Of a stretch of 64,000 nucleotides of DNA, positions 25,866 to 37,681 are shown in pieces. A program made the position numbers and the translations under genes. The DNA lies in the NCBI GenBank assembly GCA_001600695.1, contig BCKQ01000004.1, positions 1,416,321 through 1,480,320 on the forward strand, given 5' to 3'. Position 1 is the stretch's first letter. The number at the start of each line of letters is the position of its first letter. Origin of the DNA: Ascoidea asiatica JCM 7603. Lineage: Eukaryota > Fungi > Ascomycota. The notes under the pieces are model-generated. The model had not been told where the DNA came from. It searched no databases and was given only the letters and a program-made list of their open reading frames with translations.

Positions 25866-27689
25866 TTAATGACTTAAGACATAATCACCTCCCCATCTTG
25901 GAGCATTAACAATGATTCCCATAAGAATACCAGAAACCAATCCTGCGCAAGGTAAAGTGATCATCCAACCAAGATAAATCCAAAGAACCATTCTCCAGTT
26001 AACAGCTTTCAAATCTTTATTACATAATCCAACAAACACAGTTGCTCCAACTGCAGATTGTGTAGTTGATACAGGAATAGCATACTGAGAAGCAAGAATA
26101 ACTGTTAAAGCAGCGCCTAACTCAATAGAAAATCCTCTTGAAGGAGATTGTAATATAAGTCTATTACCTAAATTTCTCATTATATGGTATCCATAAGTCA
26201 ATAACCCAATAACTAAAGCTGCTGCTGCATAACATAAAATCCAAACTGGTACATCTGCTTTTTTTGCTACAGTATTCGATCTCCAAACTAAATAGACTGT
26301 TGATAAAGGTCCAACTGCATTCGAAATATCATTTGATCCATGAGCAAAACTCATTGTTGTTGCAGTAATAGCTTGTAAAATTGAAAACATAAATTCAACT
26401 TTATTATCATAAGTTTTAGATTTTAAATGCATTTGTTTTAAATTTGTTGATAACACTGATTTTTCATTCATTTGATCAGAAATTATATCTTTAGTTAATC
26501 CATGAATTAAGAATAACCAGATTAATTTAGGCCATTGTTTTGGCTTTTTAAGCATACTAAACCAAAGCTTTCTTGTACTCATTTTATCTTTGTTTTCAAT
26601 TTCTTCCAATTTAGAAGGATGTCTTTCATCTGAATTTATACCTTGAACTTCAATTGAAGAAATTTTATCTTTTGAATTAGTAGTTTCATTTTCATTTTCG
26701 TTTTCATTTTCAACTCCAATTCCAGTTCCGGTTCCAGTTCCAGTTCCAATACCATTACCTTCATTTCTTTCAATATCATTAGTATGAGATTGGGTAGTTT
26801 GTTCTTGATCAGTGTCAGAATAACGTCTACCTTTATAATAATCAATGGTTAATTCATGACCTTCAGGCATTGGAGGAATATTATCAACTGACATAAACCA
26901 AAATGCAGGGCCTCTTATAACATCATAGTATTTTAGAGTCCAATCTTTATGAACTAATTTTCTTTTATAATATGGAAAAAAAAATAAGAAATAAATGAAA
27001 CAAGCAACACCACCAACCCCAAATATTGCACCACAAGTTGTTCTAGTTGATAAATCATCAAGATTTAATTTGGGAGCACCTTTATAAACAATTAACATAG
27101 TTAAAACTGAAAAAGTTAAATAAACTAAAGCACCGACATAAAATAAAGCATTTCTTAAGGAATGTTTTCTTTCTAAAACACAATATTTAGATAATAAAAA
27201 AGTAACACTTGCAAAACCACCTGCAAGGCATGGTGCAATAAACCAACTTGCAATAATTTGAGAAAATCCATTCCAACCCCAATGAATATCAGAACCGGCA
27301 GCAATACCAGCACCAATAATTCCACCAACAATTGAATGAGTTGTTGAAACAGGCATACCCATTGAAGTAGCTAAAGTTAACCATAAAGAAGAGCCAATAA
27401 TTGCACAGGTCATTGATAATAATAATACAGCAGGAGTTTCTTCAAATGAGGATATATCTAAAATTTTTGATCTAATTGTATCAGTAACTCTTGAACCAGC
27501 TAGAACTGCACCTAGAAATTCTGCCAAACTTGCTAGAAACATAGCCTGAGGATAAGTTAAAGATCTTGAAGAAACAGAAGAAGCAAAAGAATTAGCTACA
27601 TCATTTGCACCAATATTCCAAGCATCTAAGAATGCAAAGATCATTGTAATTGCAAATAGATAGTCGAAATCATGAATTGCATAAGTCAT
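25866..27689 (-). CDS. PHO89: Na+/phosphate symporter (PiT family), 607 aa
   Basis: PiT signatures GANDVANS, PVSTTHS, HGSNDISNA, PVSTTQ; N-terminus resembles yeast Pho89. Confidence 0.95.
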   Translation of the reverse strand: MTYAIHDFDYLFAITMIFAFLDAWNIGANDVANSFASSVSSRSLTYPQAMFLASLAEFLGAVLAGSRVTDTIRSKILDISSFEETPAVLLLSMTCAIIGSSLWLTLATSMGMPVSTTHSIVGGIIGAGIAAGSDIHWGWNGFSQIIASWFIAPCLAGGFASVTFLLSKYCVLERKHSLRNALFYVGALVYLTFSVLTMLIVYKGAPKLNLDDLSTRTTCGAIFGVGGVACFIYFLFFFPYYKRKLVHKDWTLKYYDVIRGPAFWFMSVDNIPPMPEGHELTIDYYKGRRYSDTDQEQTTQSHTNDIERNEGNGIGTGTGTGTGIGVENENENENETTNSKDKISSIEVQGINSDERHPSKLEEIENKDKMSTRKLWFSMLKKPKQWPKLIWLFLIHGLTKDIISDQMNEKSVLSTNLKQMHLKSKTYDNKVEFMFSILQAITATTMSFAHGSNDISNAVGPLSTVYLVWRSNTVAKKADVPVWILCYAAAALVIGLLTYGYHIMRNLGNRLILQSPSRGFSIELGAALTVILASQYAIPVSTTQSAVGATVFVGLCNKDLKAVNWRMVLWIYLGWMITLPCAGLVSGILMGIIVNAPRWGGDYVLSH

Positions 27690-27927
27690 TTTTAAAATGT
27701 GAAATTTAAAATGTTATATAATTAATGAATTTTAGATCTAAAGATCTAAATAAATAAGGAATTAGAAAATTGAAGAGTCTGAGAATTCAAGAATTGATTG
27801 CAATTAAGATTGTATTTGATAGTGAATAAACAAAATATAATATTATATTTAAAAACAAATAAAATACAAAAAGTAAAAAAAAGGTAATAGTTATAGGGAA
27901 TTTATAGCCTATTTATATTAGACAATT

Positions 27928-28851
27928 AACGTGGATTTTGAAAAGGATTGACTTTAGAAATATTAAATGGATATTTTGAATGAAAACATTTTGAAGGAGA
28001 ATTTTATTGATTAATTGATGAAAGGACTGTGAAATAAAATAATAAGTAAACTGAATTAAAAAATTGCCAAGAATTAATAACATAAGATGAATTTAGAAAT
28101 TTACTTTCTGTAAAAGATTTTTTTTTTCTTTGTATTTCTTTTTATTTTAAAAGAGAAAAAACATATCTTCATAAAAGTATTAAAGAGCTAAAATAATTGG
28201 AACATGCTTTATTACAAGTCTTCAAATATTTTTTACAACAGTTTTTCATCAAAAGTGCAAAATGGAAGTAAATTTGAGATCGGATCTCTTTAGTAATTGC
28301 TATAAAGCAGTTTAGTTATTTTTCAGATTTTTTTTGAAGGTATTTTGAAACAAACGTTACTATTTCAAATAGCAAATAATAATAGAAAACACAATGTGTT
28401 GATATTGGATAATATTGTGTAATATGCTTTAATTCAGGGTTTGACATTTAGAGGAGAATAACCCTGAAGACCCTGAAGCAAAGACTGGAATCAGAGAAAA
28501 CAGAAGTAACTGGAAATAGAACCGAAGACAACCCAAAAACCACTGACGAATGAGAGGCTGTTAATGAGCAACGTGGGCGATGATAAAAGGGTGCCAAGAA
28601 ACCAGAAACGTTGGAGAAACAAGAGCTGTAGTGCAGTAGTGAAACTGCCAGTATTAACATACTAAAAACAAGCAAAGGAAGCAGTGTCAAAAAAAGCAAA
28701 CTCAAAGGAAGCAAAACCACCATTGGAAACTGGTAAGAAACCAATATCGACTGTGATTCAGTGGCAGCTGTAACAAAAAGAGGCAAACCACCAGTGCCAA
28801 GAAGAAATTGCCCAGAACTTGAGGTGGAAACCCACTAACAATCACCACGTT
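27928..28851 (-). promoter_or_regulatory. PHO89 upstream motif set: 3x CACGTT (Pho4-type), 3x TGCCAAGAA (Rim101/PacC-type), GAGGCTG (Crz1-type)
   Basis: AACGTG at 27928 and 28570, CACGTT at 28846; GCCAAG at 28066, 28593, 28796; GAGGCTG at 28554. Factor names come from known consensus sequences. Confidence 0.6.
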
Positions 28852-29555
28852 TTCTGAAGGAGCATTGGAGAAAGAATGAGAATAAGATAGAAAAGGATGT
28901 AATATGTATATAATATATTTGTTACAAATGAAAAACCGTTATAATATTCTCAGCATGACAAAAAAAAGAATTGAATACTATGCATTGATGAATCTCAAAA
29001 GAAGCTCTCTTAAACTCTTTTATTTTGGAGATTTCTGTTTCTTTTAGAATCAGGTCTATTTCTGTTCGAAAGAGTAGTGAAGTTAACATTCGTAACGGTG
29101 TGTGTCTTAGGATTAGATTACATTGCATTAGTATGGGGAGCTGGCAAAAGAGTCGGCGCTTAAGCTCCTGTTTTCTATGCTCAGTGGCAAATAAAAATCG
29201 ATTTAGAAGAAAATGAATTTAGAAGAAAATAAATATATTTAAGAAGACTGAAATCACTAATGAGAACTATGCAAACCTGTCATATTGTTCTAAAAAAATG
29301 AATCTAAATACTAATTAGAAAATGAAGAGCTTGAGAAAATGAAGTGCTATTATATGTAGATATAAAAAAAAAAGAAGAGCAGATTATTATAAAATCAAAG
29401 TGTTCAAATCAAATAATAAAATCAAATAAAATAAAATTAAATCAATGATTGAAACTTTGAAAAGAAAAACAAAAACTATAAATAATCAGATAAATTAATA
29501 ATTAGAAAAAGCGTTTAAATATAACAAAAGAATAATACAAATTTAAAGTATTTGA

Positions 29556-31244
29556 CTATTCAGTTGCAGTATCTGTTTTCTCAGATGATCCAATATTTCT
29601 TTTAGTTAATTGAGGATTTTGAGCTAAAGCTGAAGTATTAATTGGTGAAAGACCATCAACAACTTTAACATAATCTTCATCAACATTGGAAACTGGACCT
29701 TCATACCAATTTTTAGCACTTACAAGCCACCATCCACCGGCTCCAATAAATACAAATCCTAAAATTACAACTGTATAATTCATATTTTCTTTGGTAACTG
29801 GCATATAATTTGGGAATACAAATACAATTGAAACAAATAATGTCCAAATACATGCATAACTCATAACTGGTTTTGACCATTTACCTAAATGGAATGGACC
29901 TTTTTTAATTTGTAATCTATCTGCATTTTTAACATAAAGTGCAATAACTGTAACATATGACCAATCTGTTGCAATTGCACAGGCTGAAAAGATTGCATTC
30001 ATTGCAATTGTTGAACCTAAATTAATTAAACATAAACAACAATTAATAAAAACAATTGCCCAAACAGCATTAATTGGAACTTTAGATTTTTCTGTAACTT
30101 TACACCAAATTTTATGATATGGTACACCTTTATCTCTTGCAAATGACCAAATACCTCTTGAAGTTGAACAAATTGCAACTGCACCACAAAACCATAAAAT
30201 AACAAATGCTAATGATAAATAAGCTGTTGCTGCACTTTTTCCCATTGAATCAAAATATAATTGAACAATTGGTTGTCCACTGGTTGTATTTAATAATGAA
30301 TCTAAATTGGTACCCATACATAATGTGAAAACAATAACTAAAACCCATCCTAAAACTGCAGTTGTTGTTAATGCACTTGCAATAGCTAATGGAGTTTGAG
30401 TTGAAGCATTATGAGTTTCTTCAGACATTCTTGAAGTTGCATCATAACATGTCATAACCCATGAAACATTTAAAAATCCAAATAAAAAGGCCCATCCATC
30501 ATCTTTCCATCCAGTTGAATTAATAACTTTGGTGAAAGTATATTCTTTGGTATTAATTTTTGGACATTTAACTAATAAATGAATAATTAATGCAATTGTT
30601 GATCCAATATTAACAAAACAATAATATTTAGTAATTGATGATAAAACTTTTGTTGATAATGAATTTATAAGACCATGAGTAATTAAAATTAAAATTGCAA
30701 CTGCGGTTGTATGACCTTTTGTTGGAATATATGAATAATCACTATACATTGAAACAATTGCTAATAATAATGTTGCTGCACCAAAATCTGTACTACAAGC
30801 ACCAGTTATCATACCAGTTAAATATAACCAACCATCAATCCAACAAACTATTGGAACATACTTTTTATCAACAACTTTACTTGCAATATAATACATACCA
30901 CCAGAAGTTGGAAATGCAGAAGTTAATTCAGCTACAGACCATGCAATACAAAGACAACCAATTGCTCCAACGAACCAACACCAAACACCAGCAGCTGGAC
31001 CACCAGACCATAATGGATATAAAAATGTAATTGAAATTGTACCCATTAAACCAGAAATTGATAATGCAAAAGAAAATGTTGATAAGAAATCATAACCTCT
31101 ATTGAATTCTTGTTTATAACCCATTTGAGCTAATTGAGCTGCATCTTCATCTAAAGTAATACCATTTGCAGATACTATTGAAGTAAGTCTTTCAACATCT
31201 TTTGTTGATTGAACTGGTTGAACTTTTTCATCAATTGAAGACAT
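29556..31244 (-). CDS. APC amino acid/GABA/polyamine permease, paralogue of 21307..22935, 562 aa
   Basis: Same motifs; long stretches identical in amino acid sequence to the first copy. Confidence 0.93.
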   Translation of the reverse strand: MSSIDEKVQPVQSTKDVERLTSIVSANGITLDEDAAQLAQMGYKQEFNRGYDFLSTFSFALSISGLMGTISITFLYPLWSGGPAAGVWCWFVGAIGCLCIAWSVAELTSAFPTSGGMYYIASKVVDKKYVPIVCWIDGWLYLTGMITGACSTDFGAATLLLAIVSMYSDYSYIPTKGHTTAVAILILITHGLINSLSTKVLSSITKYYCFVNIGSTIALIIHLLVKCPKINTKEYTFTKVINSTGWKDDGWAFLFGFLNVSWVMTCYDATSRMSEETHNASTQTPLAIASALTTTAVLGWVLVIVFTLCMGTNLDSLLNTTSGQPIVQLYFDSMGKSAATAYLSLAFVILWFCGAVAICSTSRGIWSFARDKGVPYHKIWCKVTEKSKVPINAVWAIVFINCCLCLINLGSTIAMNAIFSACAIATDWSYVTVIALYVKNADRLQIKKGPFHLGKWSKPVMSYACIWTLFVSIVFVFPNYMPVTKENMNYTVVILGFVFIGAGGWWLVSAKNWYEGPVSNVDEDYVKVVDGLSPINTSALAQNPQLTKRNIGSSEKTDTATE

Positions 31245-31459
31245 TTTTCAGAAAAAAAAATATTGCTTCTTTGTTATTAGATATAATATATTATATTTAA
31301 TGTATATTAAGTTATAATATGTTAAAGTATTATTATCCTTATGATGATGATTAAGATAATTTTATATTCTATTATATTATATTATATTATATTATATTAT
31401 ATTGTATTTTCAATAGTGAAAATAATACTAATGAACAATAATAAGGTAGAATGAAGATA

Positions 31460-32715
31460 GATAAGAAAGAAAGAAGAAAAGATAAGATTTAATAAATCAG
31501 AATATATAAACTTTTTTTTATAATTGAGTGAAATATTGTTCTATTTATATTTGATAGAATTTATTTTAAAGAAAGAAAGAAAAGATTTAATAGAAAAGGA
31601 ATAGAGAAAATTTCTATAAATTTTTTATTTGAAAATGTTAAAGATTTGTATTTAGTTAAGATTAAGATAATCTGGATATTCTGCAAGATAATAGGAAATC
31701 TTGTTTATAAATTTTTTTTTATTTGAATTCAACTGTATCGAAGTAAAGTGAAGTTAACTGTAACTTAAGTTTATGTGTTTAATGAGAATTACTAGTGATA
31801 ACATTAAGATAAGTTGAAATTATTTAGGCATTTATCCTTTCATGACAGTTTATGAAAGTGAAAAATTGTAATTTCTGGGAAAAAAATCAAGTATTGAAGA
31901 AATCATTGAATTGTAAGACTCCAATACAAAATGAGAAATCTGATAAGGAATCTTAAGATAAATCAGCTTTGAAAAAAAGTGAATAGAAGTGAAAAAAAAG
32001 GAAAAATAATCAAAAAAACCTAAAGTAAAAGTAAGAGAAAAAGCAAAAGCAAAAGCAAAAAAGCATAAATTTCGATTGACAGTAGGAGGAATGATAGATA
32101 GTAATCTACAGTACTGTGATAGAATTAGTTATGGGACTTTTGGAATTTTTTTTACACAACAACGATAAGTAATTAAGTGAATTCAGTAGTAAATACTTGA
32201 AATTAGTGCAATGCCTCATTAAAATATTTGATATAGCTAAAATAAATATTTTCTTAACGTTGACTATTGGCCGATGATAATAATATAATTAAATAAATGT
32301 CAATCAAAATTACATAATTGAATAATAACTGACTACGAGCCAAACATTTTTGAAAATGTATACAAAGCGACCATATTTGTTCAAATCATTCTGTTCTTTT
32401 ATTCTCTGACTGCTATTTATTTGTATTTTATTTTATATTTTTCATGATTCCAATTTGAATATTTGATTATGCAAAAAAATAATAATCGAATGAAGTGTGT
32501 GAGACTGTTTTTGAAGACAGACAGACTGCTGATGAAAAACATCGCACCGCAGCCAAAACCAACACTGGCATTTCCAAGACTCTGGAAAGTTTCTCCAGCA
32601 GGCAGATTCAGTTATTCACTGTTATTCACTTACTCACTCGTATCTGCAGCGACGTGATTGGCCAATAGCCCGCTGCTGCTCCACGCCGTCTGCAGCGGTC
32701 GCCAGATAAGATAAG
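31460..32715. promoter_or_regulatory. GATAAG cluster (Gln3/Gat1-type nitrogen control) upstream of the permease
   Basis: GATAAG at 31460, 31481, 31808, 31942, 32164, 32705, 32710. Confidence 0.5.
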
Positions 32716-33991
32716 CCCGGTAAAAGCAGTAAGCAACAAGCTCAGGTGTATCAATGCTTATTTGTCTTTTAGGGTTTAAACTTAAAAAGCAGGCAAGCTA
32801 GCGCGCCGCGTCCTGCGTAAAACACATCCCGATAGGAAAATGGGCAAGAGCGGTACGCAGAAATATTGATTTACCCGGACAACATGCTGCCTAGATCATG
32901 TTTTCTGCAGTGTCCCGATAACAAAGCCAAACGGTCAGATCGGTCGAAATCTGACACTGATTTAGATCTTTTTCTGTGGTTGCTTTTAACGTAATACAGA
33001 CGACCGTCGAAAATCATAAATCAATTTAAACACAAACAAGCCTTAATCCCAAAAAAAGATATTCCAGAAAGCAGAGCTGCACCTAAAAAAGCAGCTGTTT
33101 CCATTTTACAACTTTAAGCTCCGTTTTAGTGCAGCGGAGTTTTTGCCAACACTAGTCCACTTTAGACGGGTTTATTCTGGCTTCTATTTTATTTTTTTGT
33201 TATTTGAATTCATTCTCTTTTCAAATTTTCAGTTTTTTCTTGATCTTGAGACTTTTTCAACAGTAAATTTATAAATATAATGATTTTTTCTTTAAGCAGA
33301 TTGGTTTTATGTTCAATGGTTTCATTGGTGAAAAAAAAACTGGGAATTTGAGACTAAAAATGTCAAAAATTTTCACTAAATATTTTAGTGCGTGTGTTTG
33401 AAATTTAGTCTGCTTTTTAAAAACCCGTTTAATTTTGAGTAACAAAAAGTTCAGAAAACTTCATATAAATTTTCCCTAATTTCTAACTAATTTTATGCAT
33501 ATTCATAAATTTTGATCATTTTAACTACATTTAGTTAAATATTAGAATATCTTGGCCTATCCACTAAAATTTATTTTTAATCTTAGAAATTTATGTATTA
33601 TTTTTACTTCTTTTCAATTTAATATATTATTGTACGTACTGTACTCCACTTTATATATTATATTTTTTTTTGCAATTTCTCAACTTTCTTTGATTTAAAC
33701 TTACTATTTAAGTAACTATTTTCTCCTTCAAAAATATTTCATCAAATTTTCACTTTTTTGAATAGAAATTTCACATAAATTGATTCTTTATAAAAATTTA
33801 CATATGATATATTAAAAAAAAAATGATTTTTCAATTAAAGAACATATAATATAAAGAAAATTATGGTGTGATAAGTTATGAATAATAAAATACGATAGAA
33901 ATAATATTAAATTAGAATTAAAATTAAATTAAAGTAATTTAACCTTTTTAATTACCTATCAATATTCAAAAAAAATCAATTTGTGTGAAAG

Positions 33992-34945
33992 ATGGAAAAA
34001 TATAACTCAGCTGAAACTGAAATTCAAAAAGAAATTAAAGAAGAAATTGAAAATGAAGATGATATATTAAATTATGATAAAATTTTACTATTAGGAGATT
34101 CTTTAACTGAATTTTCCTTTAATCAATTTCCAATATCACATAATGAAAATAATTTAAATAATCAATTTACTAAGTATTCTAATTTTACTCTAGGTTCAAA
34201 CTTAGTCAATTTATATACAAGAAAATTAGATATTATTCAAAGAGGTTTTTCTGGTTATAATTCTTCTCATATTTTCCTAATTATTAAAAAAATTTTAAAT
34301 CATGAAAATACTAATACAAATACAAATACAAATACAAATACAAATATAAATATAAATAAAAATAAAAGTATTAATAAGGTTAAATTAATAATTTTAACAA
34401 TTGGTACAAATGATTCATCAAATTCAATAAATTTAAAAAATGATGAGAGTCAATTTCAATCAAATTTGAAAAAAATAATTAATTTTATAAAAATTGAAAA
34501 AAAAATTAATCTAATTATAATTGGTTTACCAAAATATTTTGAAACAATTTTTGAAAAAATTTGCTTTGATGATATTAAAAAGAATTATATATTGAATAAA
34601 GAAAAAATTGAAAAATATAATTTAATTTCATTGAATATTTGTAAAGAATTTGAAATTCCATTTATTGATTTAAATGAAATATATTATGAATTTAATAAAA
34701 AGTATAATAATAAAGATAATAATAAAGATGATAATAACAGTTTTTGTAATAATGAAAACTTAGAGGAGTACTTAACAAGTGATGGAATTCATTTATCTGG
34801 ATTAATGCAGTTTTATTTGTTTAATAAATTAATTAAAACGATTAATCTGAATTACCCAGAATTAGATTCAAATAATATTAAATTGAAATTACCAAGCTGG
34901 GAAGATATTTCAATTGAAAATCTAAAAGAAGAAATCAAAATATAG
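33992..34945 (+). CDS. IAH1: SGNH/GDSL esterase (isoamyl acetate hydrolase-like), 317 aa
   Basis: GDSLTE, RKLDIIQRGFSGYNS, GTNDS, DGIHL catalytic blocks; C-terminal YPEL...KLPSW. Confidence 0.85.
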   Translation: MEKYNSAETEIQKEIKEEIENEDDILNYDKILLLGDSLTEFSFNQFPISHNENNLNNQFTKYSNFTLGSNLVNLYTRKLDIIQRGFSGYNSSHIFLIIKKILNHENTNTNTNTNTNTNININKNKSINKVKLIILTIGTNDSSNSINLKNDESQFQSNLKKIINFIKIEKKINLIIIGLPKYFETIFEKICFDDIKKNYILNKEKIEKYNLISLNICKEFEIPFIDLNEIYYEFNKKYNNKDNNKDDNNSFCNNENLEEYLTSDGIHLSGLMQFYLFNKLIKTINLNYPELDSNNIKLKLPSWEDISIENLKEEIKI

Positions 34946-36452
34946 AAATAAATTTTAAAACTAAAATAAATAAAATAAATGATAAACCTGTAAATATTCT
35001 TCCATTTCTTGTCTGTAAGAAATATAAAACATATCCAAATAAAGTATCTGATGAATAATTTAAAAAAGAAGATAATTTTATATAATTTTGATCTAAATTT
35101 GATAATTTAAATTTATTTTTATTTTTATCTAAAATTTTATTTTGATTTCGGTTAAGTGGTCGGTTATCGGTAGTGCTGAGCAATGGATTACGTAACTCAC
35201 GATCCATAGTTCTGGTCTCGGTTCCAGTTTCAGTTTCAATGATATTTGGAGGATTGAAAGGTATTTGAATTGATAAAAAAACAGGTTTATGATCAGATAA
35301 ATTAACATTTGGTAATGAATTATATTGAATTATTTTTTCATTTTGGTTCTGATTTTGATTTTGATAATTATAATATAAAATTCTATCACACCATGAAGGT
35401 AATCTTTTTAAATTATAAGAATTATTATTTAAATTGAATTTATAAGTTGGATTAAATTTTATTAAAGGTTCATTAAAATTTTTCAAAATTTGATTTTTAA
35501 TTAATCTTGAAATTGTTAATTCATCAATTTTTTTGAAAAAATCTAGATTATATTTATTAGTAATATTTGAATCTGGTTTAATATTATGATTTGAGATAAC
35601 TCTATAATTTAAATCACCCATTATGAAGATATGAGAATTATTTGAGAATACATGAGAATAATCTTCATTAGAAAGTTTATTGATATTATTATTAATTGGA
35701 TAATATTTAAGATATTTTAATATATAATTAATATCTTTATTTCTTTTTAACCAATTTTTTTGACCTTCATTTGCAGATAAATGACAACTTAAGAAAGTAA
35801 AATTAGATAAATTATTATTTTTTAAATTTTTATAAGATAATTTTATTGAACATGAACCTTTTAAAGAAGAGAAAAAATAACCAGTTGAGAATTTAGATAA
35901 ATAAATTTTATTAATTGGAAAATTATTTATGAATGGAGTTATTAAAATTAAACCAATTGCACCAATATAATTTAATTTAATTAAATTAAAATTATATTTA
36001 TTTTTAAATTTTAAATTTAAAAAATTTATTAATAAATTTGAAAAATTTTTTAAATAATTTTCAATTTTATTTAAATCATTTAAACTTTCTAAAATTGAAG
36101 AAATTTCTTGAAATGAAAAACAATAAATTAAATATGGATTTAAGTCATTTTTAAAATAATTATTTAATTCTTTAATTAATTGATTATTTTTTAAATTAAA
36201 AATATTTGAATTTTTACCACAATTAAAAGTTAAACAAAATATTGATAAATTTTGATTTGAATTTGAATTTGAATCTGAATGAAAAATTGAATTATTATTA
36301 GTTATATTTAATTGATTTGAAGAAATTGAAGAAGATAAATTAGATAAAGAAGATTCTACATGAACATTAGAAGAGGAGGAAGAAGAGTTTGAATTTGAAT
36401 TTGAATTTGAATCCCTTTCCAATAAAGGAACTGATTGATCTATTAAGTCCAT
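34935..36452 (-). CDS. INP54: Tail-anchored inositol polyphosphate 5-phosphatase, 505 aa
   Basis: TFNCG, FQE, CHLSA, GDLNYR, PSWCDRIL, SDHKPV motifs; C-terminal hydrophobic anchor; no Sac1 domain. Confidence 0.82.
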   Translation of the reverse strand: MDLIDQSVPLLERDSNSNSNSNSSSSSSNVHVESSLSNLSSSISSNQLNITNNNSIFHSDSNSNSNQNLSIFCLTFNCGKNSNIFNLKNNQLIKELNNYFKNDLNPYLIYCFSFQEISSILESLNDLNKIENYLKNFSNLLINFLNLKFKNKYNFNLIKLNYIGAIGLILITPFINNFPINKIYLSKFSTGYFFSSLKGSCSIKLSYKNLKNNNLSNFTFLSCHLSANEGQKNWLKRNKDINYILKYLKYYPINNNINKLSNEDYSHVFSNNSHIFIMGDLNYRVISNHNIKPDSNITNKYNLDFFKKIDELTISRLIKNQILKNFNEPLIKFNPTYKFNLNNNSYNLKRLPSWCDRILYYNYQNQNQNQNEKIIQYNSLPNVNLSDHKPVFLSIQIPFNPPNIIETETGTETRTMDRELRNPLLSTTDNRPLNRNQNKILDKNKNKFKLSNLDQNYIKLSSFLNYSSDTLFGYVLYFLQTRNGRIFTGLSFILFILVLKFISIF

Positions 36453-36848
36453 TGAAGTTTTGAATTGAAAGTAGTAAGTAGTAAGTATTAAGAAGTAATA
36501 AGAAAGAATAAATATATAGACTTGAAAAAAGCAAATTGATGAATATCAATAGTTTTATTTTATTCTTTATAATAGATCAATTGATGATTCTTTTGGATTA
36601 CTTGAAATATATGAATTGATAAAATACAGTAACAGTTATCAGTTATCAGTTACCAGTTATTATTGTTATCATGATTCTCTTGTCTGGAGTAAACATGGAA
36701 CTGGAACTGGAACTGGAACTGGAACTGGAGAGCAAGGCAACAGCAACGGGAGCCAAGGAGAGGAGACCCAGAGAAGTGGCGCCACAATTAACACGTGAAA
36801 TGATAGTTTGTACTGCCAATTTCAGAAGGCGTCTTTTTTCATCAAACT

Positions 36849-36931
36849 GGAGGGTTGGCCGAGTGGTCTAAGGCGGTAGACTTAAGATCTACTGGGAAAT
36901 TCCCGCGCGAGTTCGAACCTCGCATCCTTCA
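36849..36931 (+). tRNA. tRNA-Leu(TAA)
   Basis: Same as 4068..4150 except one variable-loop base. Confidence 0.97.
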
Positions 36932-37050
36932 TTCTTTTTTGTTTACTCAATTTAAATAAATGAGTTCAATTTATCTTGCTGTTTTTACCGTAAATATCCT
37001 CTTTTGAAGTAGAGTAGGTTTAATATTGTAATTTGGGTAAATAAATTAAA

Positions 37051-37084
37051 GCGTAAGTGGTTTAGTGGTAAAATTCGACGTTGC
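37051..37084 (+). pseudogene. 5' half of tRNA-Gly(GCC), 3' half deleted
   Basis: First 34 nt identical to 4313..4346, then joins directly to the sequence that lies downstream of the intact gene. Confidence 0.92.
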
Positions 37085-37251
37085 TTAATATTTTTTTTTT
37101 GTTTTTTTATTTTTGATGATTGTTAAATCAATATTATGGATTTTAATTATTATATTTAAATCAAATAATATTCTCTACAAAGGTTAAAACATTGAGAAAT
37201 AAAAAAATAATTCAACTAGATAGTAAAACTAACTATAAAACCAAAAATAAG

Positions 37252-37347
37252 CACCCGACGTGGGAGTCGAACCCACAATCTTCTGATGACTGAATTGAAC
37301 AAAGTTCTAATAGAAGTCAGACGCGTTAACCATTACGCTAGCCAGGC
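37252..37347 (-). tRNA. tRNA-Arg(TCT) with 23-nt intron
   Basis: Identical to 4559..4654, intron included. Confidence 0.95.
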
Positions 37348-37681
37348 TAAAAATCGATGAACGTTATACTATATTACCAACCTCACACAATTATCAAATT
37401 CTGCTGATATATAGTTATAATTTTAAGTCACGTGTTGAAATTGGCCGGATCTCATTATTGTGAACTCACCGGTTCCAGCGTTTAATACCTTTTTCATTAC
37501 ATTACCTTCTTTTATTTATTGATTATTACTACGACTGTATTCTTATTTGATTTGTAAATTATTTCATTTCATATATTTACTTCTGCGATACAATAATAAC
37601 AAGAAGAAAAATAGCAATTTGAAAAAAAAACATTTGGGTATTGAAAAGATTTTGAAAACCTTACTTGATGACCATGGATTT

